Assembly (NCBI RefSeq): GCF_021869535.1
Contig: NW_026262604.1
Coordinates: 6,138,001-6,202,000, forward strand
DNA: 64,000 bases
Origin: Mytilus californianus
Lineage: Eukaryota
Direction: 5' to 3'
Shown here piece after piece: positions 37,645-50,280 of the stretch; positions within the stretch are counted from its first letter, which is position 1, and each line of letters begins with the position of its first letter. A model generated the notes under the pieces. It made no database searches. It saw nothing but the letters and a program-made list of their open reading frames with translations, and had not been told where the DNA came from. The translations under genes were made by a program, and so were the position numbers.

Positions 37645-37688
37645 GTGTCACTGATGAGTCTTATGTAAACGAAACGCGCGTCAGGCGT
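37645..37688 (+). ncRNA. Minimal type I hammerhead ribozyme motif (degenerate copy)
   Basis: GTGTCA-CTGATGA-GTC-TTATGTA-AAC-GAAA-C-GCGC-GTC^AGGCGT. Conserved core, palindromic stem III loop and GUC cleavage triplet (after 37682). One mismatch each in stems I and II. Confidence 0.8.
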
Positions 37689-37769
37689 ATAAAATTATGA
37701 TCCTGGTACCTTTGATAACTTTGAAACGTTTATACAATTAAAATAATAATAATAAAAATTAAAGAACCT

Positions 37770-38826
37770 TAGTGAGCGCGCTCACATTCCCCACGTCCTC
37801 ACATTGTTATTGGAGAAATAAAATATGTGTAAGAAAAAAAAATTGAATCATAATTTCCTGTCAATATGCACATCTACATAGTATGTCCTTATTATCTACA
37901 AAGTTTCATGAAATTATGTTGTGTGGTTTCAGAGGAGTTGCGATGAAAAACTGTTGCAGAAGACATTGAAGCAAATAAGTTCAAAGGGGCGTAACTCCTA
38001 GAAAAAATATTGAATCATAATTTCCTGTCGATATGCAGTTCTACATAGTATGACCTTATTATCTTCAAAGGTTTCATGAAATTCTGTTGTGTGGTTTCAG
38101 AGGAGTTGTGATGACAAACTGTTGCAGTAGTACATTGAAGCAAATAAGTTCAAAGGGATGTAACTCCTAGAAAAAAAATTGAACCGTAATTTCCTGTCGA
38201 TATGCACATCTACATAGTATGTCCTTATTATCTTAAAAGGTTTCATGAAATTCTGTTGTGTGGTATCAGAGGAGTTGCGATGACAAACTGTTGCAGTAGT
38301 ACATTAAAGTAAATAAGTTCAAAGGGGCGTAACTCCTAGAAAAAAAATTGAACCGTAATTTCCTGTCGATATGCACATCTACATAGTATGTCCTTATTAT
38401 CTAAAAAGGTTTCATGAAATTCTGTTGTGTGGTATCAGAGGAGTTGTGATTACAAACTGTTGCATAGTACATTGAAGCAAATTAGTTCAAAGGGGCGTAA
38501 CTCCTAGAAAAAAATTGAACCGTAATTTCCTGTCGATATGCACATCTACATAGTATGTCCTTATTATCTAAAAAGGTTTCATGAAATTCTTTTGTGTGGT
38601 ATCAGAGGAGTTGCGATGACAAACTGTTGCAGTAGTACATTAAAGTAAATAAGTTCAAAGGGGCGTAACTCCTAGAAAAAAAATTGAATCGCAATTTCCT
38701 GTCGATATGCACAACTACATAGTATGTCCTTATTATCTAAAAAGGTTTCGTGAAATTCTGTTGTGTGGTTTGAGAGGAGTTGCGATGACAAGAAACAGGA
38801 CTGACGGACTGACGGACTGACAGACG

Positions 38827-38880
<54 letters not shown>
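37770..38880 (+). mobile_element. HINE-type element with a ~169-bp tandem array (~6 units)
   Basis: Repeat starts at 38011, 38180, 38349, 38516 and 38685. (GACT/GACG)n microsatellite and a 3' hairpin TATACCC..CGCAACTCGTTGCG..GGGTATA. Confidence 0.85.
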
Positions 38881-38882
<2 letters not shown>

Positions 38883-40699
38883 AAATCGTAAAGAAATCGA
38901 ATTCTAACTAACGGACACCCCACCACTCCCTAGGATCTACCAATGACATATTGCATAAATAAGTCATGAATAAGTCTGGTATCCTTGAATCGTTTAGCCC
39001 TTTTTTTTCATTTGAACAACATATATTAATTTTCAGCAGTGGATGTTGTTTCGTATCTTATTTTGCTCATATTTAATACGAAATGAACCATTTCGAAGAT
39101 ATGACAGATAAGGATTTTGATCCAGATAACACGGTTCACTGAACATGGAAATGAGATTATGCGAGCGGACATGGATGACCTGTTGACACGGATACTAAAC
39201 TGTTTTTAAGTTTAATGTTTAGCTTTTCTCTCTACTTTTGAAATAAACTGTTAGTACAGAGATATGTCTCACCTGTCATGGTAAAACTAAGAAAAAGACA
39301 ATCTGATAGACAGCAACATTGCTCATTTATTTAGAGTCCTTGGACCATGAACTAGTGTATAGGGCCTCGAAATTGTCAACAGGGTGAGGTGTAAAAGCAG
39401 AATATGGCAAAAAACTACACACTTTATTCTTTTGATTTGTAACACGTGACTTTGACCCTTTTTTATTATTAAACAAAACCTCCCTTAGTTGTAAAGTAGA
39501 AACATATGAACGTGTTTAAAAACATCATTGGGTGGATATTTTTAAATGTGTTTTGTAATTCCAAGGGAAAAAAAAACAGAAATCTGACTATTTACGTAAT
39601 GGTAAGGATGAAATCATCATGTTTTTTTAAAAACAATTATTTGGCCGAAAAGTAGGTAAAAGAAAAATTTTTTACATGAAAACTCAACCTCCAATGTGTT
39701 TCCCTATAGGTGGATATATCAGGAGCAATCTCTTCTTGCATCCTTATATTTCTATTTTTAATCTGGTCATGCATTTTATGATTTACTGTTATTTTATTTA
39801 GCAATTATATAACGGTAACGTACGCTTCCTATTTTCAGACTTTATCTAAAATGTTTCTTTATCTTTTGTCCATTATTCTCTATTCTTTATATTTTAGCAC
39901 ATCATTAATCTTATTCTTTATTTTATTAGTCCATTTTTATCTATTCTTTATAGTTTTCCCCCATCATTCTCTATTCTATAAACCTCCATCCACACCCTCA
40001 AGTTTATTAATACACCAAATGTAGCTGACCTATTGTTTATAGTATCTTGGAAACAGAAATATAACCATGAACACTTAACATTGTCAAATGAACCATGAAA
40101 ACGAGGTCATGGTCAAATGAACCCTACCAGTCGGACATGTACACCTTACAATCATTTCACACAGCAAATATAGCGGTCATACTGCTTATAGTACCGGTAT
40201 TTGAGAAACATTCCAAACCACAAAACTAAACATTATCCAATGAACCATTAAAGGTCAGAAGGAACCTGCCAGCGGGACATGTGCACTTTATCGGTATTCT
40301 TAAAACAAAAATACCTATTGCTTATAGGATCTGAAATTTGGTCGTGACTACATAGCTTTAACCTTGACTACTAGTCCAGGTAATAAGGCCGAGGTCAGGT
40401 CAACCTTACCTGACGGACATATAGACGTTTCAAGGAACACTTACACCAAATATTACTCCTAATCAAGTAAGTACTACGTAATTCACTTGATAAATAAATC
40501 TTAATCTTTTTAAGTAGTCACTGAATCATGAAAATGAGGTCAAGCACAATTGACAAAGGACAGGCGGAAAATTCGTAACAAAAGGTATCTGCATAGAAAT
40601 ATGAAACTTCTATGTCTTCTTCATGTCTATCTTCTGTAGTTTTTTATGTTGTGTTTTGTGTATAGTACTGTTGTTTGTTTGTCTTTATATTTGTCATTT

Positions 40700-40985
40700 C
40701 AGCAATATTTTGTAACATTGTCATAAAGCGGGAAGTTTGGGTAGCCATAAAACCAGGTTCAATCACACATTTTTGTCTTAAAGATGTCTTGTATCAAATC
40801 AGGAATATGGCTGTTGTTATCAATTGAATAGTTCGTATCTATGTACGTTGGCGTGTGTTTTTGTTGCACTTCAGTGTTCCTGTTGTTCCTTTGTTTTCCT
40901 CTTATAGTTGATGTGTTTCCCCCTGTTTAAGTTTTAGTTTGTAACCAGGATTTGTTTCCTCTCAATCGATTTATGACATTTGAAC
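40700..40985 (+). mobile_element. Body of a hammerhead-associated (retrozyme-like) repeat
   Basis: Aligns with the reverse complement of 55350-55620 (GGGAAGTTTGG.TAGCCA.AAAACCAGGTTCAA...CTCAATCGATTTAT). Confidence 0.55.
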
Positions 40986-41955
40986 ACTTATCACTATCAT
41001 ACAATTAACAAACATCAAGTTTCAGACGATTATTACCATCATACAATTAACAAACATCGACTTTCGAACGTTTATCACCATCCTACAATTGATAACATCG
41101 ACTTTCGAACGTTTTCACCATCTGACATACAATTAAAAAACATCAAGTTGCAAACGTTTATTAACCATCATACAACTAACAAACATTAAGTTTCAAACGT
41201 ATATCACCATCATATAATTAACAAACATCAAGTTTCGAACGTTTATCACACAGGCACTTGTCTCAAAAATAAATTCCCTATATACCTTAATATTAAGGTA
41301 TAGGAATTTTTTTTCTAAGACAAGTGCCTGTGGTTTATCACCATCATACATTTAACAAACATTCAGTTTCGAACGATATTCACGATCTCACATACAATTA
41401 ACAAATACAAATGTATCAAGTTTCGAACGTTTATAACCATCATACAATTATAACAAACAAAGTTTTGAACGTTTTTCACCATCATACAAATTACAAACAC
41501 CAAGTTTCGAACGTTTATCACCTTCATACAATTAACAAACATGAAGTTTCGAGCATTTATCTCCATCCTACAATTAACACACATCAAGTTTCGAGAAGTT
41601 TAGTATAGGTATAAAATAAGGTTTAATCCATCGTTTTTTACCTGTACCAAGTCAGGATTATGACAGTTGACTCGTTTGATGTGTTTGAGCTTTTGATATT
41701 GCCATTTGATAATGGAATTTCTTTTTTGAATTTTCCTCAGAGTTCTGTATTTTTGTGATTTTCGTTCTTATCACCATCTACAATTAACAAACATTCAGTT
41801 TTCGAACGTTTATCACCATCATAAGCATACAATTTACAAATATCAAGTTTCGAACATTTATTACATTCGTACAATTAGCAAACATCAAGTTTCATACATA
41901 TAATACATTTGTAAAATTAGCAAACATCAAATTTCAAACGCTTATCATTATCATG
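40985..41955. repeat. 42-bp minisatellite (~17 units) in the 3' flank/UTR of ZNF C
   Basis: Unit TACAATTAACAAACATCAAGTTTCGAACGTTTATCACCATCA. Interrupted by an 84-bp MITE and a ~160-bp insert at ~41605-41765. Confidence 0.9.
41249..41332. mobile_element. 84-bp all-hairpin MITE
   Basis: CACAGGCACTTGTCT ... AGACAAGTGCCTGTG centred on CCTTAATATTAAGG. Perfect 8-bp TSD GTTTATCA. Neighbouring repeat units show the empty site. Confidence 0.9.
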
Positions 41956-43975
41956 TGTTTTTATGTGTCTTTGTAAGTTATAATCTGTAGGAAATCCTTT
42001 GCCACAAATACTACAGTGTCGAAGATTTCCAGAATGTTTTTTTCGAATGAGTTTGTAGGTTACTTTTCCTATTAAACTGTTTGCCGCATACATCACATGT
42101 ATGCATACCATCACCAGTGTGTAATTTCATGTGCATCCTTAGAGTATCTTTACTACACAACCCTTGACCACACACTGCACACTTATAAGGTTTGTCATCA
42201 TTATGTGTATGAGTTCTTACGGTTCTCTCCAAGGTATGTGTATGAGTTCTTATGTGTCTCTCCAAGGTATGTTTCTGACCAAATCCTTTGCCACATGCTC
42301 TGCACGTGTACGGTTTATCTCCATTGTGTGTTCTCATATGTTTTTTTACGTATTTTTCTAATCTGAAACTTTTATCACATAATTGACATTGATAAGGTTT
42401 CTCACCCGTATGTAATGTCAAATGTCTCTTTAAATCATCTTTTCGACCATAACTTTTACCACACTTTTCACATTTATAAGGTTTATCATCAGTATGTGTT
42501 ATCATATGTCTTTTCATCGCTTGATTTTCGCTGAACATTTTACCACACAGATCACATTGATACGGTTTTTCTCCAGTATGTGTTCTCATGTGTGTTTTTA
42601 AGAAAAATGAAAACTTAAACCGCTTTTCACAAAACTGGCACTTATGAGGTTTCTCATCGCTGTGTTTTCTCATGTGTTTCTGTAAGTAGTAGGAATCATG
42701 AAACCGTTTACCACACATATTACACTGTCTAGCTTTGTGATTTCTTATGTGTTTCTGAAATTGCAATTTATTTTTAAATCCTACACCACACACATCACAC
42801 AGATAAGATGTGTAATCAGAGTGTGTTTTCATGTGTGACTGAAAGAAATCACTACGATCAAACCCTAAACCACATAAAAAACAATCATAAGGTCTATCAA
42901 CGTGTGTCCTCATGTGGTCCTGTAGGTGTTGTTTGTCGGTAAACTTTTCACCACACACAGCACATGTGTAAGGTTTGTAAACAATATGTGTTCTTATGGG
43001 ATTCTGTATGTGTTCAGTAAAGATGGTTATCTTTTCATCACATAAAATATATGTACGAGGTTTATAAACAATGTGTGTCCTCGTGTGGTCCTGTAGGTGT
43101 TGTTTGTCGGTAAACTTTTTACCACACACAGTACATGTGTGGGGTTTATTAATAACATGTTTTCTTGTGTGCTCCTGTAAGTGCTCTTTCTTAGTAAACG
43201 ATTCATTACATACTATGCATGCATGTCGTTTATTAACACTATGTATTCTCATGTGTTCCTGCAAATGATCATTAGTTGTAAACTTTTCACCACACACAGT
43301 ACATGTGTGAGGTTTATCAACAATATGTGTTCTTGTGTGTTCCTGCAAGTGCTCTTTCTTAGTAAACTTTTCATTACATACAGAACATGTATGAGGCTTA
43401 TACACAACATGTATTCTCATGTGATTATGTAGGTGCTTTTTCTCAGTAAACTTTTCATGACATACAACACATATGTGAGGTTTATCAACAATATGGACTT
43501 TCATGTGTTCTTGAAAAAGATCATTTTCAGTAAACTTTTCCCCACATACAGTACATGTGTGAGTTTTGTTAACAATATGGATTCTCATGTGATTCTGTAA
43601 GTGTTCCTTCTCAGTTATCTTTTCATCGCATACAATATGTGTAGGAGGTTTATAAACAATATGTATTTTCATGTGTTTCTGAAAGTGTTCATTAATTGTA
43701 AACTTTTCACTACACACAGCACATGTGTAAGGTTTATCAACAATATGTTTTCTCCCGTGTTCTTGTAAGTGCTCTTTTGTAGTAAATCTTTCACCACATA
43801 CAATACATATATGAGGTTTTTTGACAAAATGTATTCTCATATGATTCTGTAAGAGTTCTTTCTCTGTAAACTTTTCATTACAATGACCACATATATGAGA
43901 TGTCTGAGGTTTATGAACAATAACTATTTTCATGTCCTTTGTAGGTTTTACCTTGGGCTGAATTTTTCGATACAT
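41917..43975 (-). CDS. C2H2 zinc-finger protein C (654-aa ORF 42011-43975; ~23 finger units if the A7 frameshift near 42040 is corrected); possibly a pseudogene
   Basis: 12 N-terminal units with IVDKP-type linkers and 11 C-terminal, mostly TGEKP-type fingers. The last finger (HCSICGKGFPTDYNLQRHIKTH) lies in another frame. The upstream exon sequence (43976-44441, acceptor TTTTCAG at ~44442-44448) carries stops and frameshifts. Confidence 0.85.
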
Positions 43976-45474
43976 ACTTCAAAATTGTAAGTTTATCACT
44001 TATATAAATGTTCATGTGTGCCTCTTATTTGCATTATTTCTTCTTTCTCCACCACAGAAATTACTAATTTATAAGCTTCCCATGCAGTGTCATGAGCATG
44101 ACATCTCATGGGTGATTGTGTTGAGTCCTCGGTAGTCTAATCAAGAAAAATTCTTGTTGATATTACCTTAGTTATAATAAATAGGTTGTCCAATATCAGA
44201 CCTTTCGCATTGGTATGTACTTCCATTAATTGAAATAGTTTTAATTATATCATATATATTATCCAATATCAGACCTTTCTAATTGGTTCGTACTTCCATC
44301 AAACACTGTTTTGTCAATATTATACTTTTATGTGTCTTTCTTTTCGTATCTATTAATGGACATCTTTCACTGGTCTGTTGTCAATTTGTGGCATCAACCA
44401 TGGATCTTATTTCATTACATTCAGCAAACTTATAAATAGACTGAAAATATATAAAAGAAAAATATAGAAATAGGACTCAGAATTGCTACAGGTGAAATAC
44501 CACCAGTCATAGTACATGTATGTCACATCCTGCATAATAGTCATAATAATAGCTCCAATAGAATTTTAAATTGTCTGTCCTTTGCAGATGGCTTTACTAA
44601 TCATTTAAGTGTAATTTCATGGAAAATGAAAATCCCATTTGTCTGTTATCTTCAGAACACTGCTCATTTACAAGCCCATAAGGAGCAATTTTTGAAGGCC
44701 TTGCGCAAATACTAAAAAAAAAAAGATCTTTGTGCAATCAGTTTCTTTGTTGAACTCTAATAAAAAAAAATATGAGCTTACCTTAGAAAAATAATTAAAG
44801 GCATGTTTTTACATCTCAAAACTTAAGAATTTTTGTCAGATTGTAAAAAATAAAATGCTCCGCTGGGCGCAGCTTGATACAACCGCAGAGGTTGAACCCG
44901 GAACAGTATGGACACAACATTCAAGCTTGATACAGCTCTGAATTTGGATTGTGATTAAATATTTGACACAGCATAGGTTTTTGACACAGAATGAATGTGG
45001 TCTAAGAACTTAAAAAAATTTAATTTACCTATTATGGTCCAATATAAGGCCATTTAAATACATCATAAAAGTATTAAAATAGAAAATGACATCATAGTCA
45101 TGGCTAAATTTAAAAAAAACTTAATCAGCAAAATTTTATAGTGATATCTAAAAATAAAATTCCTTTTCAACCATAACAGCCCATTTAAATACATCATAAA
45201 GGTATTAAAATAGAAAATGACATCATAGTCATGGCTAAAAATAAACAAAAAACCTTCATCAGCAACATTTTATATTGGAAAATTTCCAATGGAGTTTATT
45301 ATACTAAAGTTATTGGCAAATTTCCTATGGAATTTATTAATACTAAAGTTAGAGGCAAATTTCCAATATACATAATTTAAAACCAGTGTAGCTGAGATAT
45401 TCAAATGAGTTGAATTACAACCCCAATAAATTTGCAACAATAAAAGCCCATTTAAATACATCATAAAAGTATTA

Positions 45475-47160
45475 AATAAAATGCTCCGCAGGGTGCAGCT
45501 TGATACGACCGCAGAGGTCGAACCCTGAACAGTTGGGGCAAGTATGGACACAACATTCAAGCTTGATACAGCTCTGAATTTGGATTGTGATTAAATATTT
45601 GACACAGCATAGGTTTCTGACACAGAATGAATGTGGTCTAAGAACTTAAAAATTTGAAATTGGACATTCACCTATTATGGTCCAATATCCAAAATCTAAA
45701 TACATGGTTAGAATCAGCATATCAAAGAACCCCAAGAATTCAATTTTTGATGAAATCAAACAAAGTTTAATTTTGGACCCTTTTAACCTCAATGTGGACA
45801 AAGTTGATAACAGGGCCCAAAAATCAAAAATCTAAATACATGGTTAGATTCAGCATATCAAAGCACCCCATATATTCAATTTTTGTTGAAATCAAACAAA
45901 GTTTAATTTTGGACCCCGATTTGGACCAACTTGAAAACTCATAATCAAAAATCTAAATACATGTTTAGATTCAGCATATCAAAGAACCCTAAAAAATCAA
46001 TTTTTGTTAAAATCAAACTAATTTTAATTTTGGACCCTTTGGACCATAATGTAGACCAATTTGAAAACGGAACCAAAAATTAAGAATCTAAATACACGGT
46101 TAGATTCGGCATATCAAAGAACCCCAATAATTCAATTTTTGATGAAATCAAACAAAGTTAAATTTTGGACCCTTTGGACCTCAATGTGGACCAATTTAAA
46201 AACGTGGCCCAAAACCAAAAACTTAATACACGGTTAGATTCAGCATATTAAAGAACCCCAAGAATTCAAGAATAAAACCCCATTGAAATTGATCAAGAAA
46301 TAAGCAATTTATACAAAGTATCTTCTTTTGCACAATACAGTTATACTGTGCAATTGAATATTTCTTGCTATTGCGCAATACTGTACAATTGACAATTTCT
46401 TGTTATTGCGCAATATTGTGCTATTGGATATTTCTTGCTATTGCCCAATACTGTGCAATTGAAGATTTCTTGCTATTGCGCAATACTGTGCAATTGAAGA
46501 TTTCTTGCTATTGTGCAATACTGTGCAATTGAAAATTTCTTGCTATTGCACAATACTTATCATATAATAATTTACACATCCTGGTTGGTGTGTATCTCCT
46601 ACCATATCATTATTATTTGCTTTTAAATATAAACCAGAAATAACCAACTTAAAATGGAAAATTTTAAAAGAAAAAAAAAAGGAAAAAAAGAAAAAAAAGA
46701 GAAACAAAAATCCCCCCCCAAATTTTTTGAACCCCCTTATGATTCATCACCCCTAAACTCAATCCCAGCCTTCCCTTTGTGGTATGGTACCTTGCAGTAC
46801 AATTTCAGAGAGATCCATACACTTGAACACAAGTTATTGTCTGGAAACTAGAAAAATGCTTATTTTTGGCCCCTTTTTGGCCCCCAATTCCTAAACGTTT
46901 CGGGTAATTACCCCCAAACTCAATTCCAGCTTTCCCTTTGTGATATGGAACCTTGTTGTACAATTTCAGAAATATCCAAACACTTACACACAAGTTATTG
47001 TCATGAAACTAGAAAAATGCTTGTTTTTTTGCCCCTTTTTTTGCCCCTAATTCCTAAAATTTTGAGGCAATTACCCCCAAAATCAATTACAGCCTTCCAT
47101 TTGTGATATGGAACCTTGTGGTACAATGTCAGAGAGATCCATACACTAACACACAAGTTA
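45475..47160 (+). mobile_element. Repeat-containing HINE-like element of a second family; 5' fragments also at ~27605-27680, ~31500-31790 and ~44853-45030
   Basis: Shared head GGTCGAACCCTGAACAGTTG.GCAAGTATGGACAC. Internal ~120-140-bp array, ~35-bp array (46345-46555) and ~150-bp repeats. Confidence 0.6.
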
Positions 47161-49040
47161 TGTATATTTTTCTACTTCTTCAAGTAAATAAAGAATACTT
47201 GTACAAGTAGTACCCATGACTGACATGTGAGAGCTCTAACAAGACTGGATTTTTTAAATTACTTATACCAAATTGAAATATTGAAAAAAGCTTGCATTTT
47301 TTTTTATAAAGGAGCTGTAATAAAGTGATTTTCTTTGTATACTGATAATAATTTCAATGAATTCATTCATTGAATTTCACACATTGTTTCTGTATTTCTG
47401 GACAATGATGCACAATAATGTATTTTGCATGCAGTCAGTTTATTATAATATATATTTAAATAGACAAACATGACAAAGAGAGTGTTAAAAAATCATAAGA
47501 TGAATATTATGGTTCTAAAACACAGGTAAAATGAATATCAAAATATGACAGGAAAACGTAATATTTGCTTAATACATGTACATATGATAAATAAATGTAA
47601 CAATTAGATATAGGTTTTAAACATGTGATGCTTTATTGAACAGATATATGGAGGGGTATTTTGAAAAATACAAATATCCATAACATGATATATCTGTTTA
47701 ATTACACAGAATAGATTTTGATTGAATTTGTCTGTACATGCGAAGGGAAATCATAGTAACCATGGAATTATACATGTACTTATAGTCTTATAATGTTACA
47801 TGTTAGTGCTATCTTGTTGTAAAGTCATGGTATCTATATGTGTAAACGTCATTGTTATTCCATCATTAAATAATTTTGGCGGGAACAGGCTTGTGAGGTT
47901 AAAAAAGGATTATCCAAAATGGCAACTAGCATGGCAGAGAGGGAAATTTGAGGCAAATTCACCGGCAGTGGTGAAAGACCATCAAAACAAGCAAATTCAT
48001 TTGAAATGAGAAAAAAATATGTTAGAATATGCGAAAAATACATTGGCTAACAATCAATAAAAATGCAGCATACAGAGCGTCTTTTCACCACAGAACACCA
48101 CAGAATACCACAGAACACTGTGGAATACCAAAGAACACTTAAAATATACCAAAGAACTACACAAATTACAATAAAACTACAAAGATATACAATAGAACAT
48201 TAATACTATTTTATAAAATGAAAATCTAATGATACAGAATTTTATATCATTTCTTTAATTCAGGTTACACTAATATGAAATGACGATTGACTGGATGAGA
48301 TAATTATTATCATAACTGTTTTGTTATTTGGCATATTTTTTTTAATTTGGAGACCCTTCAATATGTTGTTTAACAGTAAAACTATATATAAATAAAACAT
48401 ATTTTCTACAAAAAAAAAATTGATCTGACGGATTTTACCAGCGAATATTACGCTACAAATTATATCGATCTGATCAACAGAAAGTGCTTATTTCGCTTTG
48501 TTTTTTAATTTCATTGAAATAAGAAATCTGGGAGATAAATGAATATTTTATACGAAAATATATCCTTTAGAACCTATGAATAATATTTACTTGATTGGCA
48601 GAAAGAGCCAATACCGGTATTTCTCATATGTAACTATTTTTTCTGTTAAATTAATAAACCTATAAGACAATAATTTTAATTTTTCAACTAAAATGATAAT
48701 GATCATCAGCTCACATTTTAATCTTTAATCTAATTTATTATAAAAATTGTATTCTTGAAATTAGTTGGCAAAAATTAGAACAGGAAGACTGCTATCAATA
48801 TTCTATTTTTTTATTGCCACTTGATTAAATAAGTTAATTCAAATAAATGTATTTGATGTCTGAGGTGTGAAAACTTAAATGACATGTTAATTGACTTGTT
48901 TGGTAATTACTACAATTGTTAAAATTGTTTAATCTAATTAAATTTTGGTACTTTAATTGTGCCGTACACTTGCTAAGGTCAACAATAATTTTGGACTTAA
49001 AAATATAGTTGCCAAATGTAAATGCTACAATACTATACCG

Positions 49041-49917
49041 CAGGCATGGGGCGAATTACATTGCAATGTAATGCATTATATTACAATTACTTTGACCAAA
49101 CCATGCATTATATTACAATTACAATTACATGCATTTATCAAAGTAATGCATTATATTACAATTACTTTTGCAAAGTAATGCCTTGAATTACACATTACAT
49201 TTGAAAATTTTATTAAGTGAATAGAAAAACTGAACATTTTGAAAAACAACTAGAAGTCACAAAAGATTCTAGCATATGCAGAAACTGTTCCATGAATTGA
49301 ATATAAGTATACATTTAAAAAGTCTATTTAATTCGACTTTTACAATTTTAATTATTTTAACTTAATGTTAATTAACTTTTATAAATATACTTTTTGTTGT
49401 TTTTTTTTTTTTTTTTATTTTAAACGAAATATTTAATTACTGTGAATTACTCCCCTAATTATAAAATAAACATAGACCTTAATTAATGAACAATTGTTTA
49501 GTTGGTGAAAATATTGATTGTAAAACAAACTAATTAGTGTTTTATAACAAAGTTTAATTATCTTTTATTTAAGCAAGACAAGATATTCTTTGATCTTATG
49601 ACAACAATACAGTTATGCTTTTCAAATATCAATCTCTTTATGCAGGAAAATGTATGAAATAAGATGAAACAAAGAATGTATTCTAATGATTAACATATTC
49701 TTAGTTAATCAAGAAATCTTAAATTTGGTTTAGTTAAAACTCCAACAACATGTTAAAGATGTAGTATGTGAAAAAAGTAATGACATGTAATGCATGAAAT
49801 TACACAACTTTTTGCTAAAGTAATGCATTATATTACAATTACATGTAATGCACAAATTGCTGCATTACACATTACATGCAATTACTTGGAAAAATGTAAT
49901 GCATTACCCCATGCCTG
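49041..49917. mobile_element. hAT-type MITE
   Basis: TIR CAGGCATGGGG / CCCCATGCCTG with a perfect 8-bp TSD CTATACCG and GTAATGCATTA subterminal repeats. Confidence 0.9.
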
Positions 49918-50280
49918 CTATACCGGCAGTTTTTTTGTTAATAAAAGTTTCAGTTCAACAATTTCTGAATGCATACAAAATTTGGTTAAAATCTGAAATA
50001 TTGTCAAATTATTGGAGAAGATGTACACAGACAACATAAGATTCCAACAGTTATCGAACTGGAATTTTTGACAATTAAAAAGACACACTTTTAATACTAG
50101 TATGTTAACAATTACTGTCTTATAACAACTTTAGATATCTTTTTGAAAGTATTTGATTATTTATTGAAACTACTCTTCACATAAAATTATTAAAAAAAAA
50201 ATGGAAGAAAAAAACTGACAGACAAAATAAATTTAACAAATAATTACGTAATGCATCTAAAATTTTCAATAAACTGTTAT

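Noticed and set aside
40985-41955. 42-bp and ~49-bp (54091-54530) arrays as CRISPR-like repeats
   Set aside because: They are contiguous tandem units without unique spacers, in a eukaryotic context with no cas genes.
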